64,000 bases of DNA from NCBI RefSeq assembly GCF_009914755.1, contig NC_060932.1. One strand, written 5' to 3'. The DNA comes from the human T2T-CHM13v2.0 reference genome, Homo sapiens. Position numbers and translations under genes: made by a program. The notes beneath the pieces are model-generated. The model searched no databases. It was not told where the DNA came from and saw nothing but the letters and a program-made list of their open reading frames with translations. This document shows, one piece after another, positions 40,204-54,579 of this stretch (its first letter is position 1; each line of letters opens with the position of its first letter).

Positions 40204-41190
40204 AGGATGTAGAGAGAAATTGGATCCTTTGTGCACCATTGATGGGAATGTAAAACTGTACAGCTGCTATGGATAACTGTATGGTGGTTCCTCAAAAAAT
40301 TAAAAATAGAATTACCATACAATCCAGAGATTCCAATCCTGGGTTTACATCTAAAAGAATTGAAAGCAGGGACTCAAACGGATATTTTTACACCTATGCT
40401 TATAGGGCAATATTTACAATAGCCAAAAGGTAGAAACAACCTGCACAGTGGAATTGTGAAATATTATTCAGCCTTAAAAAGGAAAGAAAATCTGACATAT
40501 GCTGCAACATGGATGAACCTTTATTATTATTATTATTATTATACTTTAAGTTCTAGGGTACATGTGCACAAAGTGCAGGTTTGTTACGTAGGTATACATG
40601 TGCCATGTTGGTTTGCTGCACCCATCAACTCGTCATTTACATTAGGTATTTCTCCTAATGCTATCCCTCCCCCAGCCCCTAACCCCCTGACAGGCCCTCA
40701 TGTGTGATGTTCCCTGCCCTGTGTCTATGTGTTCTCATTGTTCAATTACTACCTATGAGTGAGAACATGCGGTGTTTGGTTTTCTGTCCTTGTGATAGTT
40801 TGCTTAGAATGATGGTTTCCAGCTTCATCCATGTCCCCACAAAGGACATGAACTCATCGTTTTTTATGGCTGCATAGTATTCCAACATGGATGAACCTTG
40901 AAGACCCCATTGTAAGAAAAATAAGACAGACACAAAAGGACAAATGTTATAATATTCCATTCATATGAAGTACCTAGAGTAGTCAAGTTCATAGACATAA
41001 AGAAGAATGGAGGTTACTAGGGGCTGGAGAAAGGAGAATGGGGAGCTGTTGTTTAATGTGTACAGAGTTTCAATTTTGCAAGACGAAAAAGTTCTGGAGA
41101 ATGATTGCCTAACAATATGAATAGACTTAACATTACTGAGCCACACGCTTAAAAATGGCTAAGATGGTAAGTGTTATGGGGTGTAATTTT
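40204..41190 (+). mobile_element. L1MB 3' region hosting a younger L1PA
   Basis: gaggatgtagagagaaattgga...aaattaaaaatagaattaccata...cttaaaaatggctaagatggtaa. Confidence 0.85.
40522..40882 (-). mobile_element. 5'-truncated L1PA 3' end with (TTA)n tail
   Basis: tatactttaagttctagggtacatgtgcac. Perfect 17-bp TSD caacatggatgaacctt at 40505-40521 and 40883-40899. Confidence 0.95.
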
Positions 41191-43019
41191 TTACATTATG
41201 TATCGTGGTGCTTTCTCTAGGTCTGCAAACCATCTCCATGTTAAAAGAACTCTTAGGTACTCACTAGGGGGCTTCCTGGATCCCTTCTAGCCCATGCAGT
41301 TAGAGAGGTTTATGTCAACCATCTCCATAAGACATCCTCTCTGGCACTCTGTCGTTGAGTCTTTGTACCTTTCTGCTTGAATACTTCCTATGGCAAGGAA
41401 CTCAGCTTCTTCAAAGGCAATCCACCTTATTGCTGGACAGCTCCAATTTGGGAACGTTCATTCCTACAGAAAATTAGAAGTCCAATTTCAGAGAAATTCC
41501 AAACCAGGATCCTATTCTTCCTTTTGGAAACTTCCAGAAAGACTTTGACTCCGTCCTCTTCTGGATATGTGACTTTGAACATGTCATCGAGCCTCTCTGG
41601 GCCTCAGTTTCTTTGCCTGTAAGAGGAAAAATTTGGCCTTATGTTGGCTGCTGTTCCTCTGTGGTAAATAACCCAGTGGAAATAGGCTTACAATCACACA
41701 AGGGATTTATTTGCTGAAGAGATTAGAAAGCAAAATAAGAATGGGTTTCCAGGTTGTTTTGACTCAGTGGGTCAATGATATGCTCAAGACTCTGTCTCTT
41801 TGAGGTTGGTTGCTTTGCACTCATCTTTGAGGCAACGGGCTCTTGACTTCTTCCAAATCCCAAGTGAGTACACTCTAGAAGAGCAAGGATGCTTCTCTCC
41901 AAGAAGCCTCAGCAAAGCTCTGCCAGCACCTCACCGGACAACACTGGCCAATAGAGCATCTCTGAATTTGTAACTGAGACCAGGAAGTGGGGTGCCTGGT
42001 TGGAGCTGGAGTGGTACCACCATCTCCAAAGTAAACAGGCTGTGAGAGGGAGGTGTGGCTACCTGAATGAAAATTGGGGTTTCTGACCAAGAGAAGCAAG
42101 TGTGTGCTGGGGAAGTTCCCACAGGCTGCCCTTTAGATTGGATGAGTTCCCTTTCTGGTTCTAGCATTTTGTGATTCTAATCAAAGTAGGAAAATTATGT
42201 AATGCTTTTTTGCCTCAGTTTATCTTTTCTCCCATATCCGCTGAGCTCCCTCTAGGTGCTGAGGTGAACTGGTTATATTTGCTCTGTGAAACTCTTCCTT
42301 AGAAAACTCCTGCTGACTGTCTTATTTTATTAGAAGTGATGATTAACTAATGGACAAGTGATTGCTTGTTTAATAATAGAAGCTGTCCTCACAATAGAAA
42401 AGAAGTTCAATTTCTTGTTGAAAGAAAAGAACTTGTCTGCTTTCTATTGAATGTTTCTACTATTTCAGTACGTAGCCTCCCTCATGTGGTGGTGCCTTAA
42501 TTAACTGCTTAAAGAATATAGGAGCAATCTGGCTAAAACTCACTTTGCCTCTCTGAGGTTGTTTTCTTATCTGTAGAATGGGAAACGAATTCCTCCATTA
42601 TTGGTAAATTCATCATGGTGTTGCCAGCACCAGTAGCACAATAGCACAATGGCACAGTTTCTGGCACATAGACTACATCTAACACATAAATACTTGAGTA
42701 AATGAATATCGCTTTTGCAGGGTCATTGTGAAGATTAAATGTGATAATATAATAGATACGTGCATTATAGTGTTTAGCATAGTGCCTGACACAGACTGTG
42801 CCAGACGACCTCCCTGATTATTACAATTATGAGGAACAGCAAGAGAAGAGGGCTGGGAAACAGGGCTGTGGATTCCCAGGGGATGGAGTGGATGGAATTG
42901 GCCTTGGTCACTTAAACCACTCTGCCTGGCCTCTTTGTGGAATCTGGCTTCTGTCTCTTTGACTTGCTGCAGGGGACTGGCCAGTGATTTTTTTTTTTTT
43001 TTTTAAATCCTCATGTAGT

Positions 43020-43600
43020 GAATCACTGAGCTTTCAGGTTGAACCTGCAGGTGGGGCTGAGTAATTACCCACTGGGGTACAAAAAATGATCAGAAATCTT
43101 GGTGACCTGTCTCCAACACCCTTCTCCAATCATGTCCCCAGCTGTCAGAGAACGTATGGGGCTTCTCTGGGTCTGGCTCACTTTAAATTCACTTAAAAGT
43201 GGCTGGGGTTGCCCAACTAATCAGAGCTGTCTGCTCACTATTCAACCCATGACTCAGATCTCGTCAGCCAGGACTAAGCTAAACTCCATGAGGCCAACAG
43301 CATCTGTAGTGGGGCCACCTTTTGCCTTCCCTGGCTACTTTCTGCCCTTCCATTGCCACGTACCCACCGCCTGACAATTAGGAACGAGGGATATGATTTT
43401 CTGCAAGCCATGCTAATTGCCTTTCACTTTTTCTTTTCTTTTCTTTGGGCTTCCTAAATTCAACTTGTCACCCAGGTGCTGAGCTCAGGCAGAACCAGTT
43501 TCAAAAGGAGGAGAGAAAAAACCACGGCATTCCACAAAGCTAATTGCTTTCAGACGGGCTGGCCTGCTTATTTGTACTGTCTGCACAGCCCTAACATGGG
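43020..43600. promoter_or_regulatory. Candidate enhancer-like non-repeat island
   Basis: TAATTA 43062, TGACTCA 43250, TGACAATTA 43372, ATGCTAATT 43410, TAATTG 43541. Motifs only. Confidence 0.35.
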
Positions 43601-44721
43601 CTAGATTTGGAAGCCGGCTGCACCAGGAACTGGTTCCCTGAGAGTATAAGATGGGAGTGTTGTAGGAAAGGAGGGAGGGAGAGAAAAGGGGAATTGGGGA
43701 ACACAGAGAAAAAGTAAAAATATAATAAGGTACTTGAGTGTGATCTTATTTAATCTTTTTTTGTAGATATTAGGAGCTTGCCCAAGCCCCCCAGCTAGAA
43801 AGGGGTGGTAGCACTTCCAACCTGGTTCTGGCCATCTTCTAACTCTAGTGTAAACTCTAGTTCTGTGTCATATCCGATGGGGAAAGGGTTCCACCATTAA
43901 ATGACTTTGGAAACTGGAAACTGGAATACTATCTTACCCCATTGGAGATTCAGAGTTTGCATTAGGAAGTTAAAGATTCTGAAGAGCCCTGAAGTAAGGA
44001 AACCTATTTGACTTGGTTTAATCTAGCAATTCTCACACAAACCACCCTTCTTTTTTTACTTTTTATTTTTGCTAATACATGTATGTATATACATACGCAC
44101 CTCTCTCTCTTGTCCTTCCTCAAAACTATGAGTTCACACTTATACCTTCAATTCCAGTTCAACACCAGTGAGTTCATTGAAGCCTTTCTCATATTGAAAA
44201 CTCCTTTCTGGCTGTGTGCAAACTGAGTCTCACTTGTTTAATTCTGGAATATACATTATATCCTGGAATTGCTCTTCTATACCATTGTGGAAAACAAACT
44301 CACGATTTGAGGTTCAATAATTGTTTACAATTCTTTTTGTCTTTAGCCTGCAGGTATTTAGTTAGACTGTGATCAAGATTTACACGAGTTCTTTTCATTG
44401 CCTCTCCTAAGTTTGGTTGTGTTATTCATTTGAAATCTAGTTAGACTGATTTATTTCTATTTGTATTCCATTTTTCTTTTTCTTCCCTGACCGTTTTTAT
44501 TTTTTCCTTTAGTGTGTAAGACACAATATTCTGAAAGTCAAAACTACACAAAGAAATACATCCAGATAAACGTCATCCTCCCTTCTCCTCTACATTACTC
44601 CCATTCACCCATCCTTTCCATTCTATTCCCACCCACCCCTGTACCTAATTTCTTAGTTTCTGATTTCTTCTGGTGATTCTTTTTGTTCAAGGTAGCAAAT
44701 ACATTAAAAAAAATCTCTTTC

Positions 44722-45202
44722 TATATTGGTCAGGGTTCTCCTGAGGAACAGAATATGTAAAGATAGATAGATGAGAGGGGATTTATTAGGGGAACTGTCT
44801 CATGAGAATATGGAGGCTGAGAAGTCCCATGAGACACCCGCTATAGTCTGAGGCTGAAGTTCCGAGAAACTTGGGAGCCCCTGGTACAAGCCCCAAGGGT
44901 CTGAAGGCCAGAGAACCTGGAGTTCAGATGTCCAAGGGCAGGAGAAGAAGGGTTTCTTAGCTCCAGGAGAGAAAGAGAGAGAATTCTCCTTTCCTCTGCC
45001 TCTTTGTTCCATTAGTGCCCTCAGTCGATTGAATGGCATCCACCCACATTGGATAAAAATGGATCTTTCTTACTCAATCCACTGATTCAAATGCCAATAT
45101 CTTTTTCAAACACCCTCACAGGCATACTTAGAAATAATATTTTACTAGCTATCTGGGTATCCCTTAATCTAGTCAAGTTGACACCTAAAATTAACCATTA
45201 CA
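44722..45202 (-). mobile_element. MLT2C-like LTR
   Basis: tattggtcagggttctcc...gatttattagggga...tggaggctgagaagtcccatga...caagttgacacctaaaattaaccattaca. Confidence 0.88.
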
Positions 45203-45537
45203 CTTTCTTACATGAAAGGTGGCATACTATAGATCATCTTTTGCAATTTGCTGTTTTCATGTAACTATATTCCCTGGAAAGCACTCCACTTTTTCTTTTA
45301 CAGCTGTATAGCACTTCATTGTGTGCACATATTATAGTCTCAACCAATTTTTTACATATGTGCATTTAGGTTGTTTCCAATATTTAGCAATTGCAGATGA
45401 TGCTGCAATGAATAACTTTGTGCATATGTATTTTGATTGTGTTGGAGGTGTAATTTAGGGTAAATTCCTAGACCTGGGATTGGTGGGTCCAAGGGTAAGT
45501 GCATATGTGCTTTTGTCAGATATTGCCGAAATCCCTT

Positions 45538-45690
45538 CCACTTCTGAGTAGGTGTAAACTCATTAGAAATTCACTTCACTTTCCTCTTTCTTGACTTCCT
45601 TGTCTCCACTTCTCTCTTTCCTCTCAATTTTCTCCTTCAAAAGTGGAAATGATATAGTAATAAAATCTCTGTCAGAGGGCTGATGGAGAA
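45538..45690 (+). repeat. Dispersed ~150-bp direct duplication; second copy at 46851-46999
   Basis: Identical blocks of 35, 22 and 27 bp shared with 46851-46999. Confidence 0.92.
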
Positions 45691-48506
45691 TGAAATGAGG
45701 ACACGTGTGTCCATCTTTTCTTCTGGTACTTGTGTGGTTTCTTTTTCTTTTTCTTTTTTTTTACATTTAGATCTCTGACTTATTTGGAGTTTATTTTTGT
45801 GTATGGTGTGAGCTCTAATTTTTTTCAAATGCCTGCCTGTTTTCCTAGAGCCACTTATTTAAAAAGTCCATTTTAATCTCTGAGAATGTTTTTCACACGC
45901 TTACAGAACACTCAGATTGACTAGATAAGAAGCTTGGCCGGTGTCTGGCCACAATCTACCCTCAGATTTATTTCCATCCCAGCTGAAATGACTCTGACTG
46001 CTGGCTGTCCAGCCAAGCACCTGTCCAAGCTGGCTTGGTGATGACAGGCCTGTAGCAGGGCAAGGCCTCAAGGCCAATTTTGGCACCAGAACTCTGCCCT
46101 CTGGTTTTGGGATTGGATCTCATGGTGTCTTTCCAGTTTCTTGCCCCTGGTCATTTCCATATGTTGAAACCTCAACAGCTGCTCTTGTTCTAATCCTGAT
46201 GACCCAGTGAAGTGCAGGAGAGATGACAGGACCAAGAAAGAGAAGATTCCTTCTTTCAGCTTGCCCTCAGAGTTCCTTTCACCTGTTTGGACTTATGTTA
46301 GATTGGAGAAACTGGAGATATGTTCATATCTTTATGCAGCAAGCATTTATTGAATATCAACTCTATGCTAGCTCCTGGCTGGAGCTCATGGTCTAATGGG
46401 GAGGGCTCAGATGGCAATAGATAATAAAGCTGATATGTAAATAGATAATAAGAGCTCTTGCATAAAGGTACAGAATATTGTGGGAGGCATAGGAAAAAAT
46501 AAATCTGTGATTTGAGAGTTTGCAAAATGAGAATGAAGGCTGGAGAAAAGTTTTCAAGGTAGCCTTTCCATAAAAATAGGTACTGTTCTCTGGTTAGAAA
46601 GTCCTTTTACCTCTAGTGTCTTTTTGGATCTTCTGAGCACTACTCTCTGAAAGGTATTAATGTTACCTGCATTCTGCAGGTGAGGAAACTAAGTTCTGGG
46701 GACATTAGCATGTAAAGGGCATAACTGGTATGTGAGTCTGGAGCTTCTGATTCTAGTATGTGTTTTGTTGCTTATTTTTCCTGGGATTGGAAAAAAGAAG
46801 TTGGCATGCACAGTTTGAATTATTTGGGGGTGTGGCTCACTTTCCCTGGCCCACTTCTGAGTAGGTGTAAACTCATTAGAAATTCGCTTCCCATTTCTCC
46901 CTCTTGACTCTCTTGTTTCTGCTTCTTTCTTCTCAGTTTTCTCCTTCAAAAGTGGAAACAATATAGTAATAAAATCTCTGTCAGAGGACTGATGGAAAAC
47001 TAAGAGAGAAAATGTATGTGACATAGGTTGGAAATTATAAAACACTACCCCAATATAGATGATTATTGTAATTTTCCCTGCTGGCGGGCACTCAAAAAAA
47101 ATAGACAACAATGGCCAATAATAGCTACTATGCTTTGATTGGCTGCCATGTGCCTGCTGCTGTGTCAGGCACTTCATATACAACGTCTAATTTAGTTCTG
47201 TGACAACCCAGCAAGGAGGAACCCTCATTCTTATTTTATACCCAAAGAAACTCAAAGGTGAAATCACACAACCAGTATTTGAACCCAGCATGTGATCAAA
47301 AACTGCCCTCCGGAAATCTAGGATGGATGAGGATTAGGGAGAAAAATCTCTGGTTCTTTCTGCTCCATGTTCCCTGCCCTGATGACCCTCATCTCCTGAC
47401 TACCAGCCTCTCCCTGGCCATACCTGTCTGCTCCACACAAATAGCCCTGCTTTTCCCCTCTGCTGCTAGCAGAAATGAAGAAGAGCTCTGAGATTCAAAT
47501 AGGAGGTTTTGGTCCCACCTAGGTGAGGTTCAGAGGCTTGTCCAGCTGCTGTTCCTTTGAGAGGCAGCATGTGTGCTGGTCTCCCCAGCTGGAGAGGGAA
47601 TGCCATCAGCTCTGAAGACACTCAGACTAGGAGCAAAGAGGACAATGGAGGCATCGGCAGCAGCTTCTTGGGTGAGTGACTGGGCATGTCTGGGGCTGGA
47701 TGAGCAACTGGACATGTCTGGGGCTGCCTCGCTGACCCCAGAATTTCTGCTGCCATCTTGTGCCAGGTTATGCCATCTTCTAATTCATCTACAAGCCTAG
47801 AGGCATCCTGAGGATTTTCTGGAACATCTGGTTGCTCTTCAGTTGTTTTTGTCTTTGCTTGGAAAATGGAGGCAGTCTGGTTCTCGGGGGTATGGGGGAT
47901 ACATCCAAGCAGTTGGGCAGGGCTTGCCACTGGCCAAGGTAGGGGATGTGGAGGAAGAGCATTTGGCATATCAGTCACAAGAGAGAAGTGGGACTGGATC
48001 CAACTTAGCATAGGAGGACTTTTGGCTTTTGATCCTTCCCTAGTCTCTCTCCACGCATCTGTGTGAGGTTCGTTTAAGGTGTAAATAACTCAATCTACCC
48101 ATGATCATCAAGTCCTCAAGGTAGTGTGAAGAGAAGACTGGCTAGAGGAGCTTTCCTTCAACTTTGAGACTCGATAAATCCCCATTTACAGAACTTGCCC
48201 GGAGCTGGTTCACTGGGTTAGCTTGTAGGTTTTGTGGGGATGGGGTATGAAGCCAGAGAGGGAGGCGGCTAGAGGAGGGAGATTTCAAATTCATTGCCTG
48301 GGCCTGGGAGAGCCCAGAATCCTTACCACCTCATCTAGAAGAGAATAAGTAGGGGGAAGGGCAGGAAATAAGGAGTGTCTGCCCTTATTTCCAACTGGCC
48401 AGGAAAAGGCATTGCTTAATCCTTCAGGCAGAAAGAGCAAGTAAGTCCAGCTGGCAGAAGCCATTCATCTCACCATTTATCTCTCTCTTCTGTAACTGCC
48501 ACCTAA

Positions 48507-48904
<398 letters not shown>

Positions 48905-49446
48905 TTGCCTAAGATTTTTTTTTAGCTTTCTTTGGTCAGTAATCTTATTCCCTCCTCCCACCCCTGCTAACAGCATGTTATCCAGAGGCTTGATGTATTT
49001 GTGATTCACTGCTGCGTAACAAATTACCCCCAAACTGAGCACTGAGCACTGAAAACAATGCTTCTTATTCCACAGCCTCTGGGGGTCAGGAATCTGGGAG
49101 CTGCATGCTGGGGGTGTCTGGGTCAACCTGTCTCCTGAGGCTGCAATCAAGCTGCCAATTGGAGCAGTAGTCAACTCAAAGCTTACTCAAACCCTTGGCT
49201 TTCAAACACCATGGTTTCCTAGCATAGCATTTTCCTGAATTTCTTCATTGCTGAGAAGCCATTTCTACATTTTAACATAACTTACCATCTAGAGAGGCTG
49301 AGAAATTTAAAAACCATCAGGTACTAGCTCTTTTTTATTTACAGCTCTTTCTGCAATTGATCGCTCACTCACATTTGACTGCAGGCAGCAGGAAGAAACC
49401 TGGTGGCATCTTCAAAGCTTGGCTTAGAAATATTCTTTTTTTTTTG

Positions 49447-50006
<560 letters not shown>

Positions 50007-50495
50007 AGAAATATTCTTAGCTAGATTACCCAGTCCGTTAGACAGATATTTAACTTTTCACGTAACGGCAGGTGAGAGTGTTGCTAAGCTTTCTGCTACT
50101 TTATAACAAATATCCCCCTTCGTTCAGTTTCCAATAAGATTTTCTTCAATGTCCTGCAAGCTCTCACCTTAGCATCCCCAAAATCCAAAATTCTGTGAAC
50201 AGTTGTATTCAAGGTACTTTAAACTTTCATTAGCACACTGTTCAAAACTCTTTGCCTGGTTTTAAGGTTATTCCTACATTCTAGGTTTTTTATACCTAGG
50301 CACCCCACTCTTAGTACCAAAATCTGTATTATTTATTTATTTTTGCATAACTTCAAACAGCAGGCATTACCTCACAGTTTCAGTGGCTCAGGGATCCAGA
50401 GTGGCTTTGCTGGATCTTGCTGGCTCAAGGTCTCTTTTGAGATTGCAGTAAAACTGTCAGACAGGCCTTCAGTCTCATCTTAAGACTCAAGTAGG

Positions 50496-50912
50496 GGCTG
50501 GGTGCAGTGGCTCACACCTGTAATCCTAGTACTTTGGGAGGCTGAGGTGGGTGGATCACTTGAGGCCGGGAGTTCAAGACCAGCCTGGCCAACATGATGA
50601 AGCCTCATCTCTACTAAAAATACAAAAATCAGTTCAAGCGTAGTGGTGCACACCTGTAATCCCAGCACTGTGGGAGGCTGAGGTGGGTGGATCACCTGAG
50701 GTCAGGAGTTCGAGACCAGCCTGATCAACATGGAAAAACCCTGTCTCTACTAAAAATACAAAAATTAGCTGGGTGTGGTGGCACGTGCCCATAATCCCAG
50801 CTATTCGGGAGGCTGAGGCAGGAGAATCACTTGAACCCAGGAGGCAGAGGTTGCAGTGAGCCTAGATCATACCGCTTTGTGACAGAATAAGATTCTATCC
50901 CAAGAAAAAGAA
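50496..50912 (+). mobile_element. Trimeric Alu (left-left-right)
   Basis: Left arm occurs twice (from 50496 and from ~50640). One TSD aagactcaa brackets the whole. Confidence 0.88.
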
Positions 50913-51754
50913 AAGACTCAATTGGCACTGAAGGACGGACTTGCATGTTCACTTATCTGATCATTAGCAGGCTTGATTCCCTCACAGGTTGTTGGATTGA
51001 GGGTGTTAATTCCTCACTGGCTGCTGGACTGAGGGCCTCAGTTCTTTGCTGTATCATGTAGGCCTCTTCACAGGGCTGTTTGTGACATGGCAGCTTGTGT
51101 ATTTTAGCATAAGTGATCCGAGAGAGAGAGAAAGGAAGTGAGAGGGCCCCTAAGATGGAAGCCACTGTCTTTATGACCTAATCTTAGAATTTTCATTCAA
51201 TGGCTTTGTTCATATTCAGTAATCTAGAAGAGAGTCATTAAATCTAGCCCACACTCCAGTGGGGGGACTACACAACGGACTGAATAGCAGGAGGTGGAGA
51301 TCATTGGAAGCTATCTTAGAGGCCATCTACACACTGAAATGAAACCATTTGTAGGCACAAATATTTACTGAGCAACTACTTTATGCCAGACATTCTTCTA
51401 GGTGCTTGGGATGCATTAATGAGTAGAACAGAAAAAAAGGACTGTTCTCAAGGATCTTTCAGAGGAAATTGCCCATGCAACATTTTGGAGGCATGTGAGA
51501 GTATGGTGCCTTTGAGGAACCATTGGAAATTCAGAAGGATGGGAACTTACTTGGGACGTGAGGTTTAGGAGGTGATCAGGATCCAAATCACAAAAGGACT
51601 TTCTTGCTATGTTGGGCATTTGGATAAATACCAAAGCAACTAGGAGTCATAATGGGCTTTAAGTGATGCAGTCATATTATATGTGGTAGAGTGGGCTGGA
51701 TGCAGGGAAGTCAAATAGAAGGTGGGAGCAGTAGTTCATGCAAGAATTGATGTT

Positions 51755-52067
51755 TTCCATCAACTGGTGAATGGATAAAATGTGATGCAGTCATACAGGG
51801 GAATATTATACAGTAATAAAAAGGAATGACACACTGCTACAAGCTACAAGTGTGTCACAAAAGATTACATATTGTTTTAATATGATTCAATTTATATGAA
51901 GTTTCCAGGACGGGCAAATCATCCATAGAGACAAAGTAGATTAGTGGTTTCCTATGGCTGGGGAGGATGAAGGCTGGGATGGAAAATGATGGCTACAGGG
52001 TATGGGGTTTATTATTGCAGACATGAAAAAAGTGTTCTTAAACTGAATTTGGTGATGATTGCACACC
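51755..52067 (+). mobile_element. L1MB/MC 3' fragment
   Basis: tccatcaactggtgaatggataaaatgtg...ccatagagacaaagtagattagtggtt. Confidence 0.75.
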
Positions 52068-54322
52068 ATCAAACACTAGAATGTATTCCTTCTAACTGTA
52101 AGTTTGTACCTATTAACCAACCTCTTTTTATCCTCACCCTCCCTACCCTTCCCAGCTTCTGGTAAGCATCATTCTACTCTACTGCCATGAAATTAACTTT
52201 TTAAACTCCCATATATAAATGAGAACATGAGATATTTGTCCTTCTGTGCCGGGCTCATTTTGCTTAATATAATGACCTCCAGTTCCACCCATATTGCTGC
52301 AAATAACAGGATTTTGTTCTTTTTTTATGGCTGAATAGTATTCCATTGTGTATACATATTACATTATCATTATCCATTTATCCATTAATGGACACTTGGG
52401 TTGATTTCATAGCTTTACTATTGTGAATAGTGCTGCAATAAACATGAGAGTTCAGATATCTCTTTGATATACTAATTTTCTTTTGTCTGGATAAAGACCC
52501 AGAAGAAGAATTGCTGGATCATGTGAAAAATCTATTTTTAGTTTTTTTGAGAAAATCCTTTTTCATAGTGGCTTACCAACTTACTGTTAGTAAGTTTCCA
52601 TAGTGGCTGTGTTAACTTACATTCCCCCCAAGCAGTGTATGAGTGTTTCCCTTTCCCTGCATCCTCATCAGCATTTGCTACGTTTTTTGATAATAGCCAT
52701 TCTAACTTGGGTGAGATGATACGTAGTTTTGATTTGTATTTTCCTGATGATTAGTAAAGCTGAGCATTTTTTCATCTATCTTTTGGCCATTTGTATGTCT
52801 TGTTTTGATAAATGTCTATGTATACTCTTTGCCCACTTTTTAATGGGATTATTTGTTACTTTGCTGTTGTTTGAGTTCTTTGTATACTCCGGATATTAAT
52901 TCCCTGCTGGATGAATAGTTTGCAAATGTTTTCTCCCATTCTACAGGTTGTCACTTCACTCTGTTGATTATTTTCTTGGCTATGCAGAAGCTTTTAGTTT
53001 AAAATAAAAGCTATTTGTCTGTTTTTATTTTTATTGCCTGTGCTTTTGAAGTCTTAGCCATAAAATCTTTGCCTAGACCAATGTCTTGCATTTCACTTTT
53101 GTTTTCTGCTCATAGTTTTTTATGGTTTTGGATCTTATGTTTAAGTCCTTAATATGTTTCAAGTTGACTTTTGTATATGGTGGGATAGGGATCTAGTTCC
53201 ATTCTTCTGCATGTGGATATGCAGTTTTTCCAGCACCATTTTTTGAAGAGGGTGTCCTGTTCCCAATGTACATTCTTGACACTTCTGTTGAAAATCAAGT
53301 GGTTGTAAACATGTGAATTTATTTCTGGGTTATCTTTTCTGTTTTATTGGTTTATGTGTTTGTTTTCAAATCAATACCGTGTTGTTTTGGTTATGATAGC
53401 TTTGTAGTATATTTTGAAGTCAGGTAGTGTGATGTTTACAGCTTTGTTTTTTTTCGCTCAGTTTTGCTTAGGCATTTGTAGGGTCTTTTGTGGATCAACA
53501 CAAATTAAAAAAATTGTTCTATTTCTGTGAAGAATGTCACTGGTATTTTGAAAGGAATTACATTGAATCTGTAGATTGCTTTGGGTGGTACGGTCATTTT
53601 GACTATATTAATTCTTTTGATCCATGAGCATGGGATGTCTTTCCATTTGTTTCTATCCTTTTAATTTCTCTTACCCATGTTTTGTAGTTTTTGTTGTAGA
53701 GGTTGTTTACCTTCTTGGTTAAATTTATTCCTAGATATTTTATTTTTTGTAGCTATTATAAATGAGATTGTTTTCTTGCCTTGTTTTTCAGCTAGTTTAT
53801 TATTGGTGTATAGAAATGTTACTGATCAATTTTAAGAGCTTTTTGGTGGAGTCTTTAGGCTTTTCCATATATAAGATCATGTCATCCGCAAAGAGGGACA
53901 ATTTTATTTCCTCCTTTCCAATTTGGATGCTGTTTATTTCTTTATTTTGTCTGACTGTTCTGGCTAGGACTTCTGGTACTATGTCGAATATGAATGGTGA
54001 AAGTTGGCATCCTTGTCTTGTGCTGGTTCTTAGAGGAAGGGCTTTCAGCTTTTCCCCATTCAGTATGATGTTAGCTGTGGATTTGTCACATATGACCTTT
54101 ATCATGTTGAGGTATATTTTTTCTATGCCTAACTTGTTGAGTTTTTTTTTTTATCATGAAGAGATGTTGAATTTTATCAAATGCTTTTTCTCTCTATTGA
54201 AATGATCATATGGTTTTTGTCCTTCATTCTGTTGTTGTGATGTATCACATTTATGGATTTGCATAAATTTAACTATCCTTGTATCCCTGGCATAAATCCC
54301 ACTTATTATGATGTATTTTCTA

Positions 54323-54579
54323 TTTTTGTTTTTTTGAGATGGGGCCTCACTGTCACCCAGGCTGGAGGGTAGTGGCATGATCTCGGCTGAATGTTGCCTC
54401 AACTTCCCAGGCTCAACCTATCCTCCTGCCCCAGCATCCCAAGTAGCTAGGACTATAGGCATATATCACCACAGCTTGCTATTTTTAAATTTTTTGTAGA
54501 GATGGGGTCTCCCTGTGTTGCCCAGGCTAGTCTCAAACTCCTGGGCTCAAGCTATCTTCCTGTCTTGGCCTCCCAAAGT
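54323..54579 (-). mobile_element. AluJ inside L1
   Basis: caaactcctgggctcaagc diagnostic. TSD gtatt(t/a)tctattt. Confidence 0.9.

Larger units (their letters stand above)
44100..45890 (-). mobile_element. Old L1M (MD/ME-like) fragments
   Basis: catttaggttgtttccaatattt...gctgcaatgaata...gggtaaattcctag; later ttttacatttagatctctga...tttttgtgtatggtgtgag. Interrupted by MLT2 and a local duplication. Confidence 0.6.

Noticed and set aside
53800-54105. Functional reverse transcriptase
   Set aside because: Short L1 ORF2 fragment with the FADD motif, but surrounded by stops, frameshifts and two Alu insertions.
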